A DNA stretch of 63,139 bases, counting the filler, from Octopus bimaculoides (lineage: Eukaryota): NCBI RefSeq assembly GCF_001194135.2. It is 8 parts of 8 records of this genome, joined end to end, with 100 filler letters (N's around TTAATTAATTAA, not from the genome) between each part and the next. Parts side by side here need not be neighbours in the genome. Positions count along the whole stretch, not along the records: positions 1 to 29,125 come from NC_068989.1; 7 more parts are not named here. One strand, 5' to 3'. Each line of letters starts with the position of its first letter. Within the stretch, counting starts at the first letter, position 1. A program made the translations under genes and the position numbers. Below are positions 12,781-25,815 of the stretch, piece after piece. The notes beneath the pieces are model-generated. The model worked only from the letters and a program-made list of their open reading frames with translations. It ran no database searches and was not told where the DNA came from.

Positions 12781-14356
12781 TAGCCAACACTCAACATCAT
12801 AAACAATGGTAAAAGAATATTTATGACTAAAACCATAAGTCTGAAAATAAACCAGAAATAGTTAATACTACCAATGCTACAAAAATAACAACTTCCTTTT
12901 TAAGAACCTGTGTGTTTGAAAAGATTAAATGAAAGCTCTCACACACTAGAAAAAAAACTTCGCCAAAAAAATTAGTAACATCCTGATAAAAAGATTTTAT
13001 AACATTTTTTTGAAAAATAATTTTTAAAAAAAATCACCTTTACACTTCAAAACTGTATTAAGTAAATTTCATAGACGATCAAATATATATTATATATATA
13101 TATATANNNNNNNNNNNNNNNNNNNNNNNNNNNNNNNNNNNNNNNNNNNNNNNNNNNNNNNNNNNNNNNNNNNNNNNNNNNNNNNNNNNNNNNNNNNNNN
13201 NNNNNNNNNNNNNNNNNNNNNNNNNNNNNNNNNNNNNNNNNNNNNNNNNNNNNNNNNNNNNNNNNNNNNNNNNNNNNNNNNNNNNNNNNNNNNNNNNNNN
13301 NNNNNNNNNNNNNNNNNNNNNNNNNNNNNNNNNNNNNNNNNNNNNNNNNNNNNNNNNNNNNNNNNNNNNNNNNNNNNNNNNNNNNNNNNNNNNNNNNNNN
13401 NNNNNNNNNNNNNNNNNNNNNNNNNNNNNNNNNNNNNNNNNNNNNNNNNNNNNNNNNNNNNNNNNNNNNNNNNNNNNNNNNNNNNNNNNNNNNNNNNNNN
13501 NNNNNNNNNNNNNNNNNNNNNNNNNNNNNNNNNNNNNNNNNNNNNNNNNNNNNNNNNNNNNNNNNNNNNNNNNNNNNNNAATTAGATTGGAGCCTGGTGT
13601 TGCCATCCAGTTTCACCAGTCCTCAGTCAAATCGTCCAACCCATGCTAGCATGGAAAGCAGACGTTAAACGATGATGATGATGATGATGATGATGATATA
13701 TATATATATACACACACACAAAGGGCTTCTTTCAGTTTCCATTTACCAAATCCACTCATAAGGCTTTGGACAGCCTGATGCTATAGTAGGAGACACTTGC
13801 CCAGTTGGACTGAGCCTGGAACCATGTAGATGGGAAGCAAACTTCTTATCACACAGTCACACCTGCGCCTATTATATGTTTAAATAAATTTATGGAGTTG
13901 TGGTTAGTGTTGTGAAATTAGGTCTAAAGTTGCAAAGAAAATCCCTGCAAACCTAAATGTCACCATTGGATTAAATACCTATTGTTGTGACTTCATATAT
14001 TTATTTATGCTATGTTTAGTCTTTCATGGATTTAGCTCAATTGATGGCTACTGTTGTTGAGACGTGGGGTTGGCTAAATGGGATTTTTTATAGTCATTGG
14101 TTAGATATTTCATGGATAAGACAATGAAATATAAAAGAAACTGTTATTCAATTTCAGTGAACACATACTAACATGGAATAAGAAGATGATAACAACAGTA
14201 GTAATGATGATGATGATAATGTAACTTGTTAGCAAATTTGAAATGTTTGCTTCCATTGGTGAAATCTAATAAATCCAAAATATATCTGTAGTTGCTATCT
14301 CACCCTTGCCTTCAGATTTTTTCCTTAAGAATGAAACTTAATCATTTTCATGTCAA

Positions 14357-15204
14357 ATTAATTAATAAATGTGACTCAATAATCACTCTCAAAACATTCA
14401 TAACACCTTGTTTTGGTGATAGTGGGAGACATTCAATACTGTATTAAGTCAAACCGAGTACTGACATTGGGATGGTATAGGTACAGAAGATGAAGTGGTA
14501 TAGGTACTGACAGAGGAGTGGTAAGTTATAGGCATACACAGTGGAGCAGCATAAGCATTGACAGTGAAGTGCTATGGGAACTGACAGTGGAGTGGTATAT
14601 GTATTCTCAAAAGCAGTAATATGATACAAGTTCTGATTCCATGAAATTATTTTCTCTTTCTTTCAGTGATGTTGACTATTGCTCTAGGTTTATGTTGTCT
14701 TTCTCTTACTAAGAAGAAAATTTCAGTTCATTGAGAATCTTATGCATTTGTCACTCAATGCATCAGCTCCCACCTTGATTAGTAAAATAATTCACCATAC
14801 ATCAGTGTGATTGTTCTGCAATTGATTGTGTATGGTTAAACTTAAGCTGTTTGAGCAAGTGTTTAGTTTTAGGAGAATCACCTATAAAACATTTGTTAAT
14901 CTTCAATTTATTTTACATTCAGCAACTCATTTATACAGTGCTACTGCTCCATCAGAACATGTATCATATTACTGTTTTTGTGAATACATATACCACTCCA
15001 CTGTCAGTTCCCATACCACTTCACTGTCAATGCTTATGCTGTCCCACTGTGTGTGCCTATAAATTACCACTCCACTGTCAGTACCTATACCATCCCAGTG
15101 TCAGTACTCAGTTTAACTTAATACAGTATCGAATGTCTCCCACTATCACCAAAACAAGGTGTTATGAATGTTTTGAGAGTGATTATTGAGTCACATTAAT
15201 TAAT
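14357..15204. mobile_element. Fold-back/MITE-like element with ~260-bp terminal inverted arms
   Basis: ~14357-14637 is the reverse complement, with a small indel, of ~14950-15204; ~310-bp non-coding spacer; arms carry internal ctgacagtggagtggta sub-repeats. Confidence 0.8.
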
Positions 15205-15740
15205 GGTGGTTATTAAAACTACCATAGCTTCAACTGAAAATTTTTTATTTCATCACTCAGTTCTAAGTCAGCAAGATAAATTGAAAGGGTTGACTTGGTG
15301 TATTTATTGCTTTAAATGATAGAAAATTAAGGGAATCATTTTAAATGTTGGCTGAAGAAAGTGTAAGATATAGAAACTATATTGAACCTTAGAAAGTTAG
15401 GGCTTGCAGTTGAGCTGTCATGTGTTTTTCTTTCTTATTCTCTTTTTAACCCTTTTACGGTGGGAATCGAATACATCCACTCAAAATTTCATTGCCCTTA
15501 ATTGCAGAAAGCAGTTTTATATATTAATCTATCTTCTGCTGAGGAACATCACGTATGAAACCATTTTTTGTTGAGGCAACATGACCTGCAGAAATACTAA
15601 TTCTGTAATTTGGTGAATATTTAACTTTATTACTGGAGTAACCATGATATTTTTAATTTCATGCTAATGCTAATTATTTAATTTCATGTTAACGCTAATG
15701 TTTCATAAAAATGTTAAATTGTGTTCTACTGTTATAACAG

Positions 15741-15872
15741 GTAAAGAAGTAAAATTTCCAGGAGAAAATGTCTGTTCAACTGGTCTTTCTGTCGCAGCAG
15801 CTGCTGAATTAGGTCTTTCTCCAGGAACAACTGTTGCTACATCCATCATTGATGCTCATGCTGGAACACTTG
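15741..15872 (+). CDS. FGGY: FGGY internal exon C
   Basis: ataacag|GT AAA...CTT G|gtaagg; KEVKFPGENVCSTGLSVAAAAELGLSPGTTVATSIIDAHAGTL(G), with the IDAHAG motif; phase 1 to 1. Confidence 0.93.
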
Positions 15873-16029
15873 GTAAGGAATCATCGATATGATGAATATG
15901 AGAGACTACTAAGTCTGATCTGAAAGATATGTTAGACTGATGTTAAGATAATTGTGGTAGAAACAAATGGATGATATATTTATATTAGAACATTTTGTAA
16001 ACAAAGTTATAAGCACCAAGTGTGTTGGT

Positions 16030-17155
16030 ATTCTACAGAAAATATAGGAATTCCCAAATGTAGTACTGTGCTAACCTCGTCCACAGAATTCATATTTTTT
16101 TCATCCAAATGATTTTGAAAACTGAGGAATAAATGATAATCAGATGAGACAATGTCCAGTGAATATGGTGAATATTCCCATTCAAACTGCTTCAGCCTTT
16201 GGAATGTCATCCTCACTGTATGTGGCCAAGCATTATCCTGATGGAAGAACTCCTTTCATCTTGAAACCAGAGATGGTCATTTTTCTTCTCGCACTCACTT
16301 AAGCCACTCAAGCTGCTCACAATGGATCTCCTTTGTTATCGTTTGGTTTAGGTTTAAAAGTTCAAAGTGGACTAAACCTTTCATATCTTACCAAACAGAT
16401 AACAACACTTTATGCGGGTGAAGACCTTCTTTAGCCTGGGGTGCCAGTGTTTCTCCTTTCCCTACCCACTGTCTTGGGTGCTTGACATTTTTAGAAAGAA
16501 CTCATTTCTTGTCACCAGTCACTATTTGGTCCAAAAGAGGGTCCATTTGTGAGACGTGACAGCAAAGAAGAGCACACATTCACTCTCTGCATGTGATTAA
16601 ACTTGGAAAGTTTGTGAGGAACCCATTTACCCAACTTGTTGACTTTTCTGATGGCATGCAGGTGCTGATAAATGGCTTGAATGACTAAATCCAAGCTTCT
16701 CTGCTAGTTCCTCAACAGTTATGATGGGATTGTGTTCCACCATGGCTTGGAGGACATCCTCATCGAGCTCTACAGATCTTCCAGGACAAGGCTTGTCTTC
16801 TAGGCTATAGTTTCCAGCTTGGAATTTCTGGAACCACCATTAACACTGGCTTACACTTATTGTCCATTCCCCATATACTACATCAATACTCCTCGCACTT
16901 TCCGTTGCGTTGTTGCCTTTATTGAACTCATAAAGCAAAATATGCCAAATATGCTCCTTTGTCACTTCCATTGTATTTTTGAAAAAAATAAATGTTAAAA
17001 TCGAACTGCACTCTTCAAAACTTATACTAAGAATAAGACCAAGGTAAAATTGCTACCTACTTTTATAGCAAGTTGATGCAGGTAGTTTATCCTGACACCC
17101 CTCCAACTTTTAGTTCATGCAATTGAAGAAACTGCATTATTTATGGGATGACCCA

Positions 17156-17158
<3 letters not shown>
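16030..17158 (-). mobile_element. Decayed mariner transposon
   Basis: Minus strand has KLGKWVPHKLS and YSPYSLDIVSSDYHLF motifs; terminal repeat tattgggtcatcccataa at 17141-17158; unrelated insert around 16340-16510. Confidence 0.85.
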
Positions 17159-17194
<36 letters not shown>

Positions 17195-17440
17195 AACACA
17201 CATACTCATGCATGCATTTGTTTCTATATCAAGTTATATGTAGAACCAATTTAATCTTAAAGAATTACTCAATACTTATTAGTGGAGTACATGTTTATTA
17301 ACTTTTACAAGGAAAAGGTTGACAACAAATTTGAAGTTTGGCTTGCTCGCCTTGATGACAGCAAGCTAGCTGAAACTTTGAAGTCATCCTCAATATTTTC
17401 CATGTGAGAGAAAGAAAGAAAGAGATAAATAGATAGAGAG

Positions 17441-17483
<43 letters not shown>

Positions 17484-18322
17484 AGTGATATAATTGCTAG
17501 AGCTGTAATTAGATAATGTTGAGGACTTTATTGAAACAACAAAGAAAATGATAAGATTTCAACAAATAATTGAACTGCTAGGAAATAGATAAATGATATT
17601 AAATTTAAGGTAAGCTGGCTGGACTGTTGGCATGCCAGACAGTTGCTTTGCAGTATTTCATCCATCCATATGTTTTGAGTTCAAATGTCGTCAAGGTCAA
17701 CTTTGCCTTTCATCCTTTCAAGGTTGATAAGTATCAGTTTAGCACTGGAGTTGATGTAATTAGATAGCCCCCCCCACACACACAAACTTCCAGGCCTTAT
17801 GCTTACAGTAGAAAAGGATATTAGAATTGAGATATTGTGGAATAAATTAAAGATATTCAGTGAGTAACTAAGTTTTAACAGTGCAACAAAATTTTTAATA
17901 TACAAAAATTAACTGAAGAATTAACAGTAGTACAACACTGGTCTAACATTGTTTTACATGTTTGAGTGGAATTTTATATAAACATACATAATTTTTAACA
18001 GATTTTGAAGAAATCCATGGAACGTAAGGGAAAACTAGTTGATGGAAACTAGTTATTTTTGTTGTTTAATACCAGGTGTGCCTCTACAGAGCAGACCTAT
18101 GATCATCCTCTTAAGTACTACATATGTATTTTTTTAATACACAATACCCTTTTTGTCATAATGTCAGGGTTTGATATGAGGAGATGTTGTTACTATTTCT
18201 AGCCAGTCAAATGACCACATAGAGGCTTCCATGAGTTGAATCCTAGATGCTGTGTGGTAATTTTCATTCATTTTCCTTGTCTTCTCTTCTTTCTTTCATA
18301 CACTTTTTCTTTCTTCTTTCAG

Positions 18323-18414
18323 GTTCTATAAATTGCAAGCCAAGAGGAATGGTGGCACCACCGCTGCTTAATCGGATGTCACTAATTAGCGGCACCTCGA
18401 ACTGTCATATAGTG
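18323..18414 (+). CDS. FGGY: FGGY internal exon D
   Basis: pyrimidine tract + ag|GT TCT...ATA GTG|gtattg; (G)SINCKPRGMVAPPLLNRMSLISGTSNCHIV, aligning to RLAVICGTSSCHM; phase 1 to 0. Confidence 0.88.
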
Positions 18415-19513
18415 GTATTGTTACTTTTGGATTAATAGAGTTTTAAAATACAGTCGTTGTCATTGTCATCACTACCACCACCACTATGTCATGACTACTA
18501 TCACTATCTTCCCACCACCACCATTACAATTGCTATCATCACCACCATAATGACCAACATCTCCACATCACCACCACCAAAACCACCACCACCACCACCA
18601 CCACCACCAACTCCATCATCACCATTGTTTCTAATGTTATCACCAGCTGAACACAATGTGTTGGCAGAATTAAAATATTTGATAAAAAAGACCATAAATG
18701 GTCCTTTACATTCTGAAGAATCATTAGAGCATTGGAAAAAATGTTAAGCATATTTGTACCTGCTCTTTACATTTTGAGTTCAAATCCAGCTGAGATGAAG
18801 TTTATTTTTGATTCCTCTGGGATCAATGAAGTATAATACCAATCAAATATTGGGGTTGGTATAACTGTCAGCTCCTTTCTGCACTGTCCTTGTGCCTTGT
18901 CAGAAAGATTGTGGTGTTGAACAAATGCCTTGCATTCTTTGTTCCAGCTCTTTGCATCCTGAGTTTAGAACTCCTGGAGTCAACTTTGACCTTTTTCTGG
19001 GAGCAGTTAAATAAAGTACCTTTTAAGTAGTAGGGTTAATTAGATTTGTAGCATTGTACCTATTTTAGAAATGATTATTCTCCTTTCTTTTCTCCTGTAT
19101 GTTGTAGCTGTGGGTGCCTTTACTGCAAAGAATGGAGAATGTGAGGGGTATCCAACTTGCAGTTAGTCACAGGAGAGCCATGTCAGCATACATGATCAAT
19201 GTTGTTGTTATGGTGTTGGACACTCTGCATATGGAAGTGATTGATGCTATACTGAAATAGTACCAGGTATATACAGGAGCACATATAAACTGGGATAACT
19301 CTATGGACTTGCAACTGGTTACTTATAGAGGCAAATCTATATTGGTCAGAAATAAGTCTATGTTGGTCAGAAACAGGACTATCTATGTTCGTTAAGATTT
19401 TAATGTCGGTGATATTAAACGTTATACACAGATTTTCTTTTTATTTAAAAATTAATTTATGTGAAGTATACATTGTTGAATGAATTACATTTTTCTTTCT
19501 TTTTTCTCAAAAG

Positions 19514-19621
19514 TTAAGCTCATCTGCCAAATTTGTACCTGGCGTGTGGGGTCCTTATTACTCATCAATTCTGCCCCAGCTTTGGTCAACTGAAGGTGGT
19601 CAAAGTGCTGCAGGTGACCTG
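19514..19621 (+). CDS. FGGY: FGGY internal exon E
   Basis: aaaag|TTA...CTG|gtatgt; LSSSAKFVPGVWGPYYSSILPQLWSTEGGQSAAGDL, with the FVPGVWGPY and EGGQS motifs; phase 0 to 0. Confidence 0.93.
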
Positions 19622-19675
19622 GTATGTATTCTCTTTCTTCACTATAATTGTATGATTGTTTATGGAAGCACATCG

Positions 19676-19870
19676 TCATCATTATCATCCTTTAACGTCT
19701 GTTTTCCATGCTGGCATGGGTTGGACAGTTTAACCAGAGCTGGTAAGCTGGAGAGCTGCACCAGGTTCCAGTCTGATTTGGTTTGGTTTCTACAGCTGGA
19801 TGCTTTTCCCAACACCAAGCACTTTACTGCGTGTGTTGGGTGCTTTTAATGTGGCACCAGCATGTGCACT
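19676..19870 (+). mobile_element. Non-autonomous repeat, family C (probably RTE-associated)
   Basis: catcatcc/gtttaacgtc..tttccatgct.gcatgggttgga...tttctacagctggatgc; copies near 13580-13675(-), 23395-23530(-), 23630-23830, 39830-39990, 44205-44400 and 56520-56621; one abuts the RTE fragment at 30890-30930. Confidence 0.7.
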
Positions 19871-20359
19871 CTTACATGATGCCAGCACAAGTGCTTTTCA
19901 CATGGCACTGACCAGGACTCTTGCAAACCAATCTTCTTCACCAGAGGGAGCAGTCTTAACACTTCTTGTGTGGAGGACAGGTCTTCTTGATTACCACAGA
20001 ATGGTAATCTCTTAGTAAGCCAAATTCATAATTCACTTTTAGTCCTTAGCTCTTATATTTCACAAAGTCACCTCCCTCCCTGTTACAATCCCACTAGGGC
20101 TCAAGGCTTTTCTCTTTGCCTTGCAAGTTACTTGGTGATCTCACTTGTTCAATCACAAGATCAGTTTGTGTTTTCATTACATATTATGCTCTTCTAATTG
20201 TGCATTATTATTATTATGAGGTTTTTTCTTCAATTTTGTTTTCTTTTCTTGCCAAGTGTTTTTCCAACTCCTATGGCAAAGAAACTCACTATATACATTG
20301 ATAAACTAAACACACCAGAAGTTATATGAAAAAAAAGAAATAATAAATAAATATGAATT

Positions 20360-20600
20360 AAAATACATTAGTAGTCGTTCTCACATCGACAATAGTCTTC
20401 TCAATGTGTGTGACTTACCAGTTAAAACAATCTTTTGCACTTCTTGCAGGCATGGTAAGCCAGAGATTGTTCTCAAATAATTTTCAGTTCCTTTTTTGAT
20501 CATTCCTAGTACTTTTACAATCACTGGTATTGTAACTACTTTGAGATGCAACATTTTTTCAATTTTAATGAGCAAATCTTTATATTTTCTGAGCTTGTCA
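20360..20600 (-). mobile_element. 3' end of an R4/Dong-like RLE non-LTR retrotransposon (family 1)
   Basis: KYKDLLIKIEKMLHLKVVTIPVIVKVLGMIKKG...LQEVQKIVLTGKSHTLRRLLSM*. Confidence 0.7.
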
Positions 20601-20610
20601 AATAATAATT

Positions 20611-20672
<62 letters not shown>

Positions 20673-20729
20673 AGTCATCATCGTCGTCGTCGCCATCACC
20701 GCCGCCGCTGTCGTCGTCATTATTATTAA

Positions 20730-20925
20730 GGTGGTAAACTTGACAAAATTGTTAGCACACCAGGCAAAATGCTTAGCTGCATTTCGTCCCTCTTTATGTT
20801 TCAAGTTCAAATTCCGCCAAGGTCAACTTTACCATTCATTCCCTTTCGGGGTCAATAAAATAAGTACCAGAAATTTCTGGCCTTGTGCCAAAATTTGAAA
20901 TCACCATCATCATTATTATTATTGA
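20730..20925 (+). mobile_element. SINE family A copy following a (CAT)n/(CGT)n run
   Basis: Same head and body as 7222-7415. Confidence 0.75.
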
Positions 20926-20989
20926 AGACGTAGCACAATATCCAATATTGTGATGTTGTACATTGCACATACTGTGTGTACCAGGGATT

Positions 20990-21780
20990 TGCACTGTCTG
21001 TGAAGTCATAACAAGGACCTCAGACAGACAGTACTTTATGCAGCATGCATGCAATTCCAAGTAAAGCTGAGTTTTGTAATATATCAAGATTGTAGTGTGT
21101 TTCTAAAGTCTCCAGATGTTTCTTCAGGTTAGGTGATATTGAACCCAATGCTCCGCTAACAACAGTAATAACCTTTATGTTTGACTCTCATAGCTGCCAC
21201 ATCTTGGTCATCTCAGTTTTCAGGTCTCCATATTTGTTGATCTTTTCTTTTTCTTTCATGATAATATCATGATCTCCTGGCACTGCCACATCAGTTATTG
21301 GGCACTCTTGATTATCCCTATTAAAGACTACTATATCCGGCCTTCAGTGCTCTAACTCCTTGTCAGTCTGGAAGTCAAAGTCTCAGAGGATCTTTTCCTT
21401 CCCGTTTTCGTCCATTACTTTTTCTGGTATATGTTGATTCTAAGCACTTGTTATCTCATATCCACATATACAGCATAGTAGCCAGTGAAGGTTTTGATCT
21501 ACCTTGTCATGCCTGCACTTGTACTCTTTCTATGCAAGACTTTCACTAGCTCTAACAATGTGAATCATGCTTTCAAACTTCTTCCCACACATTCTGCAGA
21601 GGTTTGTTGCATATGTGTTTTATGTATCCCTTTTCACTTAGTTGGTATTCAATGCCTGATCCTGGGCAACGATGATTAAGCTTTCAGTCTTCTTTTTATG
21701 GTCATCTTTGCTGAGTCATGTCATGATGCTTCCTGACCTTTTAAGTTGTTAGTTTCATGGTGGAACTGACCATGTAATTC
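20990..21780 (-). mobile_element. R4/Dong-like RLE non-LTR retrotransposon 3' fragment (family 2)
   Basis: ILxDFDFQTDKELEHxRPDIVVF...DVAVPGD...KEKEKINKYGDLKTEMTKMWQL...SGALGSI (PD..D..K restriction-like endonuclease); stops present. Confidence 0.75.
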
Positions 21781-22047
21781 TATGCAGAATAGTGTTTCTT
21801 CTCTTTCATTGGCTATTCCCAATCAGAATTCATTAGTACTCTCTGTTCTATTGGTATATCCTTCTGCCTTAGCATATTATTATTATTATTATTATCATTA
21901 TTATTATTTTTCTTTTTATTTCAGCTTTTTTTGTAACTCTTTATGTCTTGTATGTATAGCAGGCTTGCTTCCTGCAGCCTATGGTAGCATGGTCTCTGTT
22001 CTTTTTAACTATCTAATACTTACCTGGTTATTATTATTATTATTATC

Positions 22048-22344
22048 ATGGCAGTGAACTGGTGGAATCCTTAGCACACTGGGTAAAATGCTTAGCAACA
22101 TTACATCTGTGTTTACATTCCAAGTTCAAATTCCACCGAGATCAACTTTGCCTTTCATATTTTTGGGGTCAATGAAAGAAGTACCAGTTAAACACTGGGG
22201 TTGATATCAACTTCCTTCTCCCCTCAAAAATTACTGGTCCTGTGCCAAAATTTGAAAGCATTATGATTATTATTATTATTAATATTATTATTTTTATTAT
22301 CACCATAATCATCATCATCATCATTATCATCATCATCATCATCA

Positions 22345-22390
<46 letters not shown>

Positions 22391-22626
22391 GGCAGACAAG
22401 TTCATTAGCACTCCAGGCAAAATGCTTAGTGGTATTTCATCTATCTTTAAAGTCTGAGTTCAAATTCCACTGAGGTCAACTTTACCTTTCATCCTTTCAG
22501 ATTTGATTAATTAAGTACCAGTGAAACACTGGGGTCGATGTAATCAACTAGTCCCCTCCCCCCAAATTTCAGGCCTTGTGCCTTTACTAGAATGGATTGT
22601 TATTCTTCTTCTTCTTCTTCTTCTTC

Positions 22627-22681
<55 letters not shown>

Positions 22682-22910
22682 GGCAGCGAGCTGGCAGAAT
22701 TGTTAGTATGTCAGACAAAATACTTAGTAGCATTTCGTTCATTAATATGTTCTGAGATCAAACTCTGCCAAGGTTGACTTTGCCTTTCATCCTTTAAGGA
22801 TTGATGAAATAAGTACCAGTTAAGCACTGGGGTTGATGTAATTAACTATCCCCAGCTCCCATAATTTCGGGCCTTGTGCCTATAGGCCTATAGTTGAAAG
22901 AATTATTATA
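22048..22910 (+). mobile_element. Three head-to-tail SINE family A copies separated by (ATT/ATC/CTT)n tracts
   Basis: Copies at ~22048-22265, 22390-22600 and 22681-22910. Confidence 0.8.
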
Positions 22911-23080
22911 AATTTTCTCTTATTCTTTTCTCTTGTTTATCATTATCGCAATTATTGAACTCAGAATTTCCATTTCATTTGTTCCTTTTTTGTGTGAAAT
23001 GTCAATTATCATGTTATCAGTTATCATATGATCAATTATCATGTCTAATGCTTCTTCAAATAAATTCCTGTATTTTCTAG

Positions 23081-23142
23081 CTTGACCATATTGTGAAAAA
23101 TCATGCTGCATTTCCAGCTATTAAAGAAAAAGCAGAAAAGAG
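23081..23142 (+). CDS. FGGY: FGGY internal exon F (last FGGY exon found; gene incomplete in this piece)
   Basis: ttttctag|CTT GAC CAT...AAG AG|gtaagg; LDHIVKNHAAFPAIKEKAEK, aligning to IDHMVQGHAAFPEL. The expected next exon (HVWPDFHGNRSP) was not seen before 29125. Confidence 0.9.
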
Positions 23143-25429
23143 GTAAGGATTAAATATGTATGTTTGTATGTATACATACAATATATATGTGTGTGTGTGT
23201 ACTCCTATCCACCTTTATATAATGTGGGATTGTCATGTAGCTTCTCTATAGCAAGACATCTCTGCTTGTCCCTGGTATAAAGCCATCTCTCCATCCTCTC
23301 AGATATTCCCCTCCCCACACACCTTTCTTGCTCTTTCATGTTTTGCTAGTTACGTGACAACCTCACAAGTGCCAGTAGTGTGACAAAAGCACCCAGTGCA
23401 CACTGCAAAGTGATTGGTGTTAGGAAGGGCATCCAGCAATAGAAACCATCCTAAAGCTGACATGGAGCATGATGCAGCTCTTGCAGCTCACTAGATCCTT
23501 TTTAAACCATCCAACCCATGCCAGTATGGAATATAGATGATTTATGATGATAATGATGGTAATAAATATGCATGTATATACAAGAAAATATAGACATATA
23601 TTATATGTATCATTATCATCACCATCATCATCTAACATTCAGTTTCTGTGCTGGTATGGGTTGGATGGTCTGATAGGAGCTAGCAGGCCAGAGAGTTGTA
23701 CAAGACTCCAATTGTTTGTTTTGGCATGGTTTCTATGGCTGGATGCTCTTCCTAATACCAACCACTTTACAGAGTGTACTGGGCGCTTTTTATATAGCAC
23801 CAGCATGAGTGCTTTGTTTGTGGCATCAGCATGGGTGTTTTATATGTGGTACTAGCAGGGGTGCTTTTTTACGTGGATCCAGCATGGGCATGGCACTAGT
23901 ACAGTGTGTGTGTACATAATACATATATAATGTTAGATAATCATAAGTATGCATGTATATATATAAGAAAATATGTACATAACATACTCTGACACTTTGT
24001 CACAACCTCTTTATCTTCATTACAGATATTCTTACTCACCTTCATAGAATGCAGAGGAGCCATGTATCTCCTCTATAGCAAGATACCGCTGCCTGCCCCT
24101 CTGTCACACTTTAGCCATACTGTGTTTAATGAGTTTAATTCCTCTGTATCTAACAGTAACACTATAAAATATTCGCTGGTATCACAGAAGCTTGTACCAT
24201 AAGTCTGTGGGAAGAGAATTCCACAACATCATGCTTTTTAATGATGTGTGATTCATTTAGTGTGATATACCAATGATAATTTTTAAATCACTGCTGTTTC
24301 AATTGCATACACTGAGTTTTTTCAACAGCCCAGCAAGTTTTTGCAATATCTGAATATTTTCTTCATCGTTTCCTATATATTAAGGCATACATTGCATTTA
24401 AACTAGTGACATTCTGGTGCATGGTATTGACAAGCTTCAGCATCTATCGCTCTTGTGAGTCACTGCAGCAATTATCTTCATCTCACTTTCATAGATATTG
24501 TATTTTTAACACATCAAGTCTATGAAGAGACTTTATTTCAGACAATTTCACAGCATTATGTTTTCAATCAGTGTGTAAACATTTGGAATGATACACAGAT
24601 TTTAATTCATGTTGTTTCAAGTGCATACATCAGTTTTTAGGAAAACATACATTGGAAATGCAGCTTCTTAATTACAGACATGAATATATGTAAATGTGTG
24701 TGAAACTGTGTGTGCATGCACTTGTGTGTGTATTTGTGTGTGTGTGTGTGTGTGTGTGTGAACAAAAGAAAGTAGCACTCAATGCATTTAGCAGGAGTTA
24801 CACATATTTTTAATGATAATTTGATTCAGCTCCACATGACTTAAAGTTTCTTGGGCATGTAGAACAATTCCTTCTCATCAGATAGTAGGAGCAGAGTGAG
24901 AGTTTTTACAGAAATTTAGGATAGCTTCTGGATGTTAAGCCTCTATTGGTCAACTCAGGTCATGTAGTATAAAAACTATGAAAGGGACACCAACTATTTT
25001 CTTTATTTTCAAGGTCACATTTGTGCAGTGGTGTATGAACACATCAGCAACATCAGTCTTTACATGGGGTAACCAGATTTAATGGAGTCAGGTTATAATT
25101 GAGGATGATTGACCAATATGGATGAGTTGTAGTCTATATGGGCAGTAAAGATTAAATATTCTGCCCTTGTGTGTGGGACAGCTAGGCCGAGTTGGGGTAT
25201 ATCTGGGTTGTCAGCAGCCAATAGTTTGAAGTTCATTAAGAGGGCATACCTTGGGTGGCAACAATAAAATAGTTTGTTCTTCCTGTTAATGGATACTGCA
25301 GGTTAGAGGAGTGTATGTAGTCTCTTGCAGAGACAGAATTAGCAGTTGTGAGTGCCAGATTTGTAAAGTCCCTGATGATGAAACTCCACTTGAAGCTATT
25401 TTAATGGTTATGGATTCTCCATATGAAGT

Positions 25430-25815
25430 GGGACTTGTTGATTACATCAACCTCAGTGCTCAACTGATACTTATTTTATGAACCTCAAAAGAATGAAAGG
25501 CAAAGTCGACTTGGCAGAATTCAAACTCAGAACGTAAAGAGGGACAAAATACCACTAAGCATTTTGTTCAGCTTGCTGACAATCCTACCCACTCAATAGT
25601 AATAATAAGGGTTTCAAATTTTGGCTCAAGGCTAGCAGTTTGGTGGAGAAGGTTAAGTTGATTAAATCAACCTCAATGCTCAACTGGTACTAATTTCATT
25701 GACCTTGAAAGGATGAAAGTCAAAGTTGACTCTGCTGAAATTTGAACTCAGATCATAAAAAGAGATGAAATGCCACTAAGCATTTTGCCCGGCATGCTAA
25801 TGATTCTGCCACCTC
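25430..25815 (-). mobile_element. Two tandem SINE family A copies
   Basis: Reverse-complement family A body (gaaaggcaaagtcgac...gaatttgaactcag) twice, with AAT spacer. Confidence 0.75.

Noticed and set aside
22040-22910. Repeat-spacer-like periodicity resembling a CRISPR array
   Set aside because: Units are ~200-bp SINEs separated by microsatellites in a eukaryotic intron; no cas genes
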